Part shown: positions 1 to 6,635 of the stretch, one piece after another
Numbering within the stretch: position 1 is the first letter of the stretch
Layout: every line of letters starts with the position of its first letter
DNA from: Cyclonatronum proteinivorum
Lineage (GTDB): Bacteria > Bacteroidota > Rhodothermia > Balneolales > Cyclonatronaceae
Assembly: GCF_003353065.1 (NCBI RefSeq)
Contig: NZ_CP027806.1
Span: 754,997 to 778,996 of the forward strand
DNA length: 24,000 nt
Direction: 5' to 3'
Program-made: the position numbers and the translations under genes
Notes under the pieces: model-generated
Databases searched by the model: none
Told to the model about the DNA's origin: nothing
Seen by the model: the letters and a program-made list of their open reading frames with translations, nothing else

Positions 1-823
1 CAGCTAATCCCGACAGCAGGTTAGACAAAAAGTTAGCGAAAGAGCGATGACGGGAATGTTCAATTTGACACATGTTTTTGAGTTCATCATTTATGGTCTC
101 AATAACAGATCTCTTTCGCAACAGGATTTTGTCATTAAGACTCATCAGGCAATTTTTCATATTCTTGCGTATTTGGGTAATCAGATGAATGCCGTCATCA
201 AACAAAATCCTGGACAGTGCCGCTGAGATATAGCCTTTATCTGCATACATTTTTCCTGTAAAAGCTTTGATAAAGTTAGGATTTTTAAGGGGATCACGGT
301 CGTCCATATTTCCCGGACTAATCAGGAAGTTGAGCAATTCTCCCTTATCATTGACAGCCAGATGAAGTTTAAATCCGAAGAAAAATCCTATTGAAGATTT
401 ACCCAACTGGCCAATGCCCTTGAAGACTTTATGGTTGGATATACGCTTGTTTTTGCACACACGCAGCGGAGTGGAATCTATGAATGAGATACCGGTGCAC
501 TTTCCCATACAGCACTCTTTGACAAATAATGCCAGCGGCAAATTGGCACCAGCCATAAGCTCAACGAAGCGATTATATGAAACGGTCTTGGGGAAAAGAT
601 GACACATGTGTACCTTGACATATTGAGTATAGAAGCACTTGATGGTGCGATATCCACTGTGATGAAACAGAATCATAATTGTGATCACCTCGCTGGTAGA
701 CAGATTTGGCTTTCGCTTGGGGGTATTTCCAAGCATATGCTTGGCCATTGAGCGATGAAAGCCGATGCAGAAGTTGTCAACCAGGCAGTATATTTCGGTA
801 ATTTTATTGTCGGATAATGTCAT
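1..823 (-). CDS. IS982-family DDE transposase, partial (C-terminus runs off the left window edge)
   Basis: The reverse frame is open from ATG (823-821) to position 1. It is absent from the ORF track because it has no stop inside the window. My translation is MTLSDNKITEIYCLVDNFCIGFHRSMAKHMLGNTPKRKPNLSTSEVITIMILFHHSGYRTIKCFY...FIDSTPLRVCKNKRISNHKVFKG...FGFKLHLAVNDKGELLNFLISPGNMDDRDP...YADKGYIS. This fits the IS982 transposase pattern as I remember it. Confidence 0.8.
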   Translation of the reverse strand, partial: MTLSDNKITEIYCLVDNFCIGFHRSMAKHMLGNTPKRKPNLSTSEVITIMILFHHSGYRTIKCFYTQYVKVHMCHLFPKTVSYNRFVELMAGANLPLALFVKECCMGKCTGISFIDSTPLRVCKNKRISNHKVFKGIGQLGKSSIGFFFGFKLHLAVNDKGELLNFLISPGNMDDRDPLKNPNFIKAFTGKMYADKGYISAALSRILFDDGIHLITQIRKNMKNCLMSLNDKILLRKRSVIETINDELKNMCQIEHSRHRSFANFLSNLLSGLA

Positions 824-955
824 GACTTATTTTGCTATGTTGTTGTTATTGGTAGACTTAATATAGCAATTTGTTGTGACTTATCCGACATATAAATTGT
901 GCTTTTTCAACAATTTGTCGATCAACTTTAGCCTAATTATTAATCGAACTCAGGT
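1..955 (-). mobile_element. IS982-family insertion sequence, partial; right boundary approximate
   Basis: It contains the transposase above. About 130 bp of non-coding sequence lies upstream of the ATG and ends near ...cgaactcaggt (945-955), whose reverse complement ACCTGAGTTCG resembles an IS982-type terminal repeat. The other end is outside the window, so the inverted repeat cannot be confirmed. Confidence 0.5.
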
Positions 956-959
956 CAAT

Positions 960-2605
960 AGCTGTTAGAAATCTGGATCATTTAGCTTGCTGTAGCTCAC
1001 CAAAGTCGTTCATTACGATCAATTCAATCCCCGTAAGACCTCTTCGAGCACCGTTTTTGCTCTTGTTTTGGCGCTACAATGCATACCAATGCCTCAATGC
1101 CTGCATGGGCTTTGTTTCACTTGCTGTTTTGCCGTCTGTTTTCTATCCCAAGCTGTATGCTGTGCTACCCGCGAGGTAAAAGTTTGAGCGCCATGACAGG
1201 CGCCGCCCAGCCGTGACCCTCAAAAATGCGGATGATGGTTTTGCGTGCATGTTGAACCAGCCGTCCCGCCATATACATCAGGTTCTGGATGACGGTGCGC
1301 AGCCGAAGCCGTTTGCTCCTGGCTTTTCGCCCCGGCACCAGACCTGTTTTTAGCATGCCTTGCCCCGCCAGTCGCAATAAATTAAAGGCTATCATGCTCA
1401 TATCCAGCACGTGCTGGTTGACCCTGAATTTACCCGAGGGGAGTCGCTCTACATCCATATCTGTCTTGAGTTCACTGTGGTACTGCTCGCTGGTACCCCG
1501 CTGCTTGTAGAACTCATGTATCTGCTCCGGGGTCCAGTCCAGGCTCGTCCAATACGCATCGACGGTGATCATAGCCGGAAACATATACTGCCCGTCCGTG
1601 CGGGCAAACCGCTTGGTAACCCGGAACACAATCCGGCAAGTCTTCGGATCATCAGGGGTGTCACTATGTCCGGGAATCTGTACTTGCTTTTGTCCGTACC
1701 ATGCCCGTGCGCCTATATCTACGTACTCGCCATCGGCTCCGCCGTTTTGCTTCACAGCCAGATCCAGCCACTCCTGCGGATCCTGATTGCGTAGGTTGCA
1801 CTTCACAACAAAATCAGTATCCTTCTGGCGCATAAATAACCTGACATTGACGCCACTATCGTTGCCCGAGTCGGTCACCACAAGCCGCTTGTGGCTGGTC
1901 ATACGCTCAGCCATATCCATGGTCTGCTTGAACCACGCATCGGTGCCGGGTGTGTTGCTGTGCGCCGAGCCGTTGCGCAGCTCGTTGTTTATCATCAAAC
2001 CATACGGACCGATGTAGCCAAGCATGGGCGCATAGCCTTCAAACTGTTTGTATGTCCAGTCTACGCCTTCTTTGTGGCTGTTGGAGTTATCCATGGGTGA
2101 GACATCACAGTGAATCACCGCCCAGGTCTGCCCGTGCAGATCTTCGGTCAGCAGGTGCGGATGAGCTGCCAGCAGGCGGGTGTTGAACTCACGAAAGACA
2201 TTATTCAATGACTCCGGGCATTGCTCAAGACGCTGGCGCAGGGTTTCCGGTGAGGGGGTCTTTTTTATTCCCAAGGCAGTGGCAAATACGGGATCGGCAC
2301 GATATTCAGCTATAGCGTCAAACTGAGGTTTACCGACCGACAACAGCCCAATCATGGCCTTAATGGTATCAAGGGTGGAAATATAATTCTTGTTGCGGGG
2401 CAGCGAACAAAGGCCATTGATGTCATTGGCCAGCACGGGATCATCAAGGGCCTGACCAATAAAAGCCAGACCTGCATGAGAGGTAATTGGTGTAGAGGTA
2501 AGCTCAAATTGTATTTTTGACATGCTCAAACGATTATATGAGGGTTCACCAGTTGGGTGAAAATACGCAGAATCGCTAAAGCTAGTAATACAAACGTTTT
2601 AGGCT
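960..2605 (-). mobile_element. IS1380-family insertion sequence; both ends approximate
   Basis: The size (about 1.65 kb) is as expected for this family. The right limit is inferred from where the recombinase reading frame and homology resume (frame opens at 2603, native-looking sequence from about RIKVYYKEYKP). I could not identify the terminal inverted repeats or target duplication by eye. Confidence 0.4.
1165..2529 (-). CDS. IS1380-family DDE transposase (454 aa)
   Basis: Intact 454-aa ORF. The N-terminus reads ...TSTPITSHAGLAFIGQALD..., and the length and overall pattern are typical of IS1380-family transposases. Several + strand ORFs overlapping it are antisense shadows. Confidence 0.85.
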   Translation of the reverse strand: MSMSKIQFELTSTPITSHAGLAFIGQALDDPVLANDINGLCSLPRNKNYISTLDTIKAMIGLLSVGKPQFDAIAEYRADPVFATALGIKKTPSPETLRQRLEQCPESLNNVFREFNTRLLAAHPHLLTEDLHGQTWAVIHCDVSPMDNSNSHKEGVDWTYKQFEGYAPMLGYIGPYGLMINNELRNGSAHSNTPGTDAWFKQTMDMAERMTSHKRLVVTDSGNDSGVNVRLFMRQKDTDFVVKCNLRNQDPQEWLDLAVKQNGGADGEYVDIGARAWYGQKQVQIPGHSDTPDDPKTCRIVFRVTKRFARTDGQYMFPAMITVDAYWTSLDWTPEQIHEFYKQRGTSEQYHSELKTDMDVERLPSGKFRVNQHVLDMSMIAFNLLRLAGQGMLKTGLVPGRKARSKRLRLRTVIQNLMYMAGRLVQHARKTIIRIFEGHGWAAPVMALKLLPRG

Positions 2606-2941
2606 ATGAATGGGCCGGATTGCTCACGGATTAAGGTGTACTATAAAGAATATAAGCCATCAGAATATCTGTTCGAAGGTCAATTTGGTGGTCAGTACTC
2701 AACCCGAAGCATACAAACCCTTTTCAAAAAGGCACTTCAAGCATGTGGGATAAAGAAAAAAGCAACGGTGCATACCTTGAGGCATTCGTATGCGACACAC
2801 CTTCTTGAAAATGGTACGGACCTGCGTATCATTCAGGAATTACTTGGTCATAAGAGTAGTAAAACAACGGAACTTTATACCCATGTGAGCCAACAAACAA
2901 AGCAAAGAATACCTAACCCTCTTGATCAACTGGAACTTTAA
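2603..2941 (+). pseudogene. Tyrosine recombinase (Xer-like / integrase family), C-terminal catalytic fragment only; 5' part removed by the IS1380/IS982 insertions
   Basis: The sequence ...YKEYKPSEYLFEGQFGGQYSTRSIQTLFKKALQACGIKKKATVHTLRHSYATHLLENGTDLRIIQELLGHKSSKTTELYTHVS...NPLDQL carries the HxLRH, LLGH and catalytic Y signature. Only about 110 aa are present, whereas full-length recombinases are more than 300 aa. No IntI-specific insertion is visible between the YLF block and HTLRH. Confidence 0.85.
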
Positions 2942-2945
2942 ATAA

Positions 2946-3022
2946 TGCGCAATAAATGTTCGCATATCACCCTATATTGGCATGTAAAGCGCATGTTTAT
3001 TGCGTGTATAAACGAGTTAGGC
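2946..3022 (+). other. Hairpin plus GTTAGGC box immediately after the recombinase stop; candidate attI-like junction (alternatively just a terminator hairpin)
   Basis: Imperfect inverted repeat: cgcaataaatgttcgc (2948-2963) pairs with gcgcatgtttattgcg (2989-3006), with 9 perfect bp plus an extension. GTTAGGC follows at 3016-3022. The sequence from 3016 onward is complementary to the R''-like box at 3195-3209. Confidence 0.4.
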
Positions 3023-3028
3023 ACAATA

Positions 3029-3187
3029 TTAATCTGTACTTTTAACATACCTATTCGGCAAACCATTTTTTCTATCAGATTCACCTTCTTTGTACTTCTT
3101 GTATTCATCTGAACCCTTTTTCACAAACCTCGACATTGGTTTACCTTCATAACCTCTCAAATATTGTATTGCAACTCTCTGTAACAT
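3029..3187 (-). CDS. Small Lys-rich hypothetical ORF (52 aa) inside the 312-bp cassette; may be non-coding
   Basis: My own translation is MLQRVAIQYLRGYEGKPMSRFVKKGSDEYKKYKEGESDRKNGLPNRYVKSTD. It is below the ORF-track length cutoff, lies opposite to the cassette direction, and shows no recognisable motif. Confidence 0.2.
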   Translation of the reverse strand: MLQRVAIQYLRGYEGKPMSRFVKKGSDEYKKYKEGESDRKNGLPNRYVKSTD

Positions 3188-3194
3188 AATCTAA

Positions 3195-3342
3195 AATACT
3201 GTGCCTAACAAGTGTTTTGCGTCAGGCGGGGTTGACCGCTCCGAATGAACATTTGTGCTATGTTGAAGTTTCGTTTTCATATCATCGTTTGTGCTAAAAA
3301 TCCCGCCCGAACGCAAAGCACTCGGACGTTACCACACATACT
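3195..3342 (+). repeat. attC-like element A: 132-bp imperfect palindrome (core 3203-3334), GCCTAAC ... GTTACCA
   Basis: The left arm gtg-t-tttgcgt-ca-ggcggg (3212-3230) pairs with the right arm cccgcc-cga-acgcaaa-g-cac (3302-3321). That gives 3+7+6 bp with one mismatch and a bulge. An AAC box sits 2 nt before the left arm and a GTT box 6 nt after the right arm. The loop contains tttgtgcta twice. Confidence 0.7.
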
Positions 3343-3435
3343 AAAAAGCTGACCCGCAAACAGCACATTTGGTTTTTCCGACACACAAGCCAACGCTGAA
3401 AAAACCAAAAGAGCCATTTTTTTCCATCGCTCGAC

Positions 3436-3470
3436 TTTGACATTAAGAAAATTGTTTTAAATTTGTCAAA
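3436..3470 (+). promoter_or_regulatory. Bacteroidetes-type promoter (TTTG, about 18 nt, TAAATTTG) overlapping a 7-bp inverted repeat TTTGACA / TGTCAAA; possible operator for the downstream HTH protein
   Basis: TTTG is at 3436-3439 and TAAATTTG at 3458-3465, which fits the TAnnTTTG -7 consensus. The ATG is at 3473, so the mRNA would be nearly leaderless. The inverted repeat is tttgaca (3436-3442) and tgtcaaa (3464-3470). Confidence 0.45.
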
Positions 3471-3472
3471 AA

Positions 3473-3814
3473 ATGACAAGTCTTATGAAAACCACATTTG
3501 GGGAGTATATCCGACTTTTAAGGACTGAAAAAGGGTTGACTTTAACTCAACTTGCTGCCAAACTCAATTTGGATTCGGCAAATTTGAGTAAAATCGAAAA
3601 CAATAAAAGAGATTTTGATGAAAAACGACTTTCTAAACTTTCAAAAATATTTGGGATAAGCTTGAAAGAAGTTCGTGAAGAATTTTTGACAGACCAACTC
3701 GGGAAAAAGATTTACGAAACGAATTGCACCAAAGAACTCTTAAAAGTGGCCGAAGAAAAGGCTGAATATCGCAGAACAATTAATAAAAACCTTCAAACCG
3801 AAAAAGCAATATGA
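3473..3814 (+). CDS. XRE-family helix-turn-helix transcriptional regulator (candidate controller protein of the R-M unit)
   Basis: FGEYIRLLRTEKGLTLTQLAAKLNLDSANLSKIENNKR is a classic HTH_3 motif. The stop overlaps the methyltransferase start (ATGA at 3811-3814). Confidence 0.85.
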   Translation: MTSLMKTTFGEYIRLLRTEKGLTLTQLAAKLNLDSANLSKIENNKRDFDEKRLSKLSKIFGISLKEVREEFLTDQLGKKIYETNCTKELLKVAEEKAEYRRTINKNLQTEKAI

Positions 3815-4602
3815 ATATAGTATCATTTTTTGCAGGAGCAGGCGGCCTTGATTTAGGGTTCCAAAAAGCAGGTTTTGATGTCATTTGGGCAAACGAATAT
3901 GACAAAGAAATTTGGGAAACTTATGAAAAAAATCACCCGCACACATTTCTAGACAAGAGAAGTATTGTAGATATTCCAGCAGACGAAGTTCCTGAATGTG
4001 ATGGAATTATTGGTGGTCCACCCTGCCAAAGTTGGAGTGAAGCAGGTTCAATGCGTGGAATAAATGATAAACGTGGTCAATTATTCTATGATTTTATCAG
4101 AATATTAGAAGCTAAACAGCCTAAATTTTTCCTTGCAGAAAATGTAAGCGGAATGCTTTTGGACAGACACAGTGAAGCACTTAAAAACATAAAAGAATTA
4201 TTTAAAAATGCAGGAGTTGGCTATGAATTATCTTTTCAAATGCTTAACGCCTCAGATTTTGATGTACCTCAAGATAGAAAGCGAGTTTTTTTTGTTGGTA
4301 TCCGTAAAGACTTGAATTTTAATTTTCAGTTTCCAAACCCATTAGATAAAAAAATAACGCTTCAACAAGCAATTTTCGATTTAAAAGAAAGTGTTGTTCC
4401 AGCAAAAGAAGGAAATAAAACGAATAAGGAAAATTGCAAAATTGCTAATCACGAATATATGATTGGTGGGTTTTCGTCAATGTTTATGTCTAGAAATAGA
4501 GTTAGGTCTTGGGACGAACAATCATTTACAATTCAAGCAGGTGGAAGACACGCACCGATTCATCCGCAAGCACCTAAAATGAAATTTAATATAGCAGCAT
4601 AA
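3811..4602 (+). CDS. DNA (cytosine-5) methyltransferase, M.HaeIII-like, C-terminally truncated (motifs I-VIII and most of the target-recognition region present, motifs IX and X absent)
   Basis: Motif I is FFAGAGGLDLGF, motif IV is GGPPCQSWS, motif VI is LAENV, and motif VIII is QDRKRVFFVG. It is near-colinear with M.HaeIII as I remember it, up to ...SFTIQAGGRHAPIHPQAPKM, then ends KFNIAA-stop. No RE..R.QGFPD or GNAVP motif occurs in any frame nearby. Confidence 0.85.
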   Translation: MNIVSFFAGAGGLDLGFQKAGFDVIWANEYDKEIWETYEKNHPHTFLDKRSIVDIPADEVPECDGIIGGPPCQSWSEAGSMRGINDKRGQLFYDFIRILEAKQPKFFLAENVSGMLLDRHSEALKNIKELFKNAGVGYELSFQMLNASDFDVPQDRKRVFFVGIRKDLNFNFQFPNPLDKKITLQQAIFDLKESVVPAKEGNKTNKENCKIANHEYMIGGFSSMFMSRNRVRSWDEQSFTIQAGGRHAPIHPQAPKMKFNIAA

Positions 4603-4835
4603 TGGAAATGATAAAATTTGAAGGAAAAGAATATCCAACATTACTATTAAATTTCCCTTTTGGGGAAAGACAAATTAGTACCGAAAAATTGAATGATAAT
4701 TTGATGAATGTTGATGGGAGTTATGTTTCTGAAAACGCAAGATTAATTGACGAAAGTATATTTTATTTTGTGGATGAAGAAAATTTGAAACTTGATGAAG
4801 CTGAACTTACTCAACTAATTTTATCAGAAATATGA
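4602..4835 (+). CDS. Hypothetical small, highly acidic protein (77 aa)
   Basis: The start overlaps the methyltransferase stop (TAATG) and the stop overlaps the next start (ATGA). I counted 17 D/E against 6 K/R. No motif recognised. Confidence 0.6.
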   Translation: MEMIKFEGKEYPTLLLNFPFGERQISTEKLNDNLMNVDGSYVSENARLIDESIFYFVDEENLKLDEAELTQLILSEI

Positions 4836-5338
4836 TTCAATATCAGTTTTTCCCGCGTTCTCAAGGAATTACGCCTGAAATAAGAAAAGTAATTGATTGC
4901 TTTACACAAGTAAGTGATAAAATTGACTCTGATACAAAGAACCTAAAGAGTAATGAAGTTCTTCAACATTTATATCAACCACTTTCTGAAATTGGTTATG
5001 CGGTAGAAACAAGTAAAGCTAAAGATGATAAAATTGATGTGCCTGTACTTTTTGGATTAGATAATAGAATTGATAAAAGTTATAATGCTGATGCATTAAG
5101 CCAAGATGGAAAAATAGTTATTGAAGTTGAAGCAGGTAGAGCTACTGAAAACAATCAGTATATGAAAGATATTTTCCAGGCTTGTATGATGTTTGAAGTT
5201 GAATATTTAGTTGTAGCAGTAAGAAATACGTATCGTGGACATAAGGATTTTGAAATTGTATTTACCTTTTTAGAAACTCTATATATTTCAAGTCGATTGC
5301 ACTTGCCATTGAAAGGTATATTATTAGTAGGGTACTAA
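4832..5338 (+). CDS. Hypothetical protein, possible PD-(D/E)XK nuclease of BamHI/BglII-like type (168 aa)
   Basis: ...YNADALSQDGKIVIEVEAGRATENNQYMKDIFQACMMFEVEYLVVAV... shows a D-x(n)-E-x-E block followed by a hydrophobic strand, reminiscent of BamHI/BglII-type cores. The assignment rests on motif resemblance only. Confidence 0.55.
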   Translation: MIQYQFFPRSQGITPEIRKVIDCFTQVSDKIDSDTKNLKSNEVLQHLYQPLSEIGYAVETSKAKDDKIDVPVLFGLDNRIDKSYNADALSQDGKIVIEVEAGRATENNQYMKDIFQACMMFEVEYLVVAVRNTYRGHKDFEIVFTFLETLYISSRLHLPLKGILLVGY

Positions 5339-5393
5339 TGCGTGAGGGATAGAAGTGGAAAGCCCACAGCGAGGAACGAGCGAGGACTTGTAA

Positions 5394-6377
5394 CGGATAG
5401 CCCGACCCTTAGGGGCACGCCCAACTCAAACAATAAATGGGAAAGCGTTTGAATATGCTTTACTTTTTGAATTTTATGAACGTTTAAAGACAATAACAAG
5501 TGTTTCAATTGCTGAAAATGAACCATTTCAAAATGCAAAAGGCTGTTTTGATAGTTTTATTGAAGATGAACAAGACACTTTTAGAATTACGGCAAGTGCG
5601 GCTATAAATTTCTTAATTGATATTGAGCCAAGATTGTCAAATGGTATTAGTAAAGAAGATATTTTAGTTCTTGAAATCGTGAGTGACCAGGCAGGACAAA
5701 CAGGAGATGTTCGTGATGTACTTATAATTCGTTCTTTACAAAAATGGGAAATTGGAATTTCCGCCAAAAACAATCATAGAGCTGTAAAACATTCAAGATT
5801 ATCGTTAAACATTGACTTTGGAGAGAAATGGTTAGGAGTTCCTTGCTCACAAAATTATTTTGATGAAATCAAGCCGATTTTTGATATGTTGGGGAATCTT
5901 AAAGCTTCAGACAAATCAACAAAATGGACTTCGATTGAGAATATGCATCAAGTCGTTTACATTCCAATTTTAAACGCTTTTCGAAAAGAACTCTTACGGC
6001 TTGACAAAGAAAACCCCAATATTGTTGCCGAGAACCTTGTTCAATATTTAATAGGAAATGAAGATTTTTACAAGGTAATCAAAGGAAATAAAAAAGTAGA
6101 AATTCAAGCCTACAATTTAAGCGGAACTTTGAATTTACAATTTGAGAACGTAAAGCCTAAAGCTAGAATACCTAAATTGAAATTACCATCAAGACTAATC
6201 GAAATAGTTTACCAAGACAATTCGACAACGACTTTATTGGTTTCGTTAAATGAAGGTTGGCAAATCTCGTTTAGAATTCATAATGCAAGTTCAAGAGTAG
6301 AACCGTCATTGAAATTTGATATAAATCTTGTAAGTGCACCTCATACATTATTCACAAATCACATTTTTATAGCATAA
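5394..6377 (+). pseudogene. Putative cognate type II restriction endonuclease (HaeIII-like by context) lacking a usable start codon for the full-length frame
   Basis: The frame opens after TAA at 5391-5393 and reads ...TQTINGKAFEYALLFEFYERLKTITSVSIAENEPFQNAKGCFDSF... continuously into the track ORF 5634-6377. There is no in-frame ATG, GTG or TTG before the TTG at 5634. A possible catalytic block is GDVRDVLIIRSLQKWEIGISAK. The family assignment is inferred from the adjacent M.HaeIII-like gene. Confidence 0.55.
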
Positions 6378-6487
6378 TGCCAACGTAAAAAGCCATAAAC
6401 ATTGGCAAGTCGCACCAGCCGACACACAAGCCAAAACTTGCCAAAGAGTATGGCTTAGCCAACGCTGACAAACCTGAGCGAATAAGA

Positions 6488-6635
6488 AGTACGTGTGGTA
6501 ACAGCGTGTATGTGGCAATAGCGGGTGAAGTGGTAAATCGAAGGTCTGTGCATTTAAGAAAATTTGTGCTAAACGGAAAGGAAATTGCTTCTAATCCGCT
6601 ACTGCACATACACGCCAAACGTTAATCATAATCCA
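6488..6635 (+). repeat. attC-like element B: 132-bp imperfect palindrome (core 6496-6627), TGGTAAC ... GTTAATC
   Basis: The left arm gcgtgtatgtg-g-ca-a-tagcgg (6504-6524) pairs with the right arm ccgcta-c-tg-cacatacacgc (6597-6615), giving 11+2+6 bp. An AAC box sits 1 nt before the left arm and a GTT box 5 nt after the right arm. It has the same total length and the same asymmetric spacers as element A. The loop contains tttgtgctaaa. Confidence 0.7.

Noticed and set aside
1289-2186. Six + strand ORFs of 69-127 aa
   Set aside because: All lie antisense within the intact IS1380 transposase gene, and none has a recognisable motif.
2603-2941. Calling the recombinase fragment a bona fide integron integrase (IntI)
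   Set aside because: The stretch between the YLFEG block and HTLRH is short and Xer-like. The additional domain that defines IntI proteins is not visible, so only tyrosine recombinase is supported. The N-terminal two-thirds are missing, which prevents a firm call.
3811-4602. Interpreting the short methyltransferase as the alpha subunit of a split enzyme (as in M.AquI)
   Set aside because: No ORF in any frame of the window carries motif IX or the GNAVP motif X, so a partner subunit is not supported here. One encoded elsewhere in the genome cannot be excluded.
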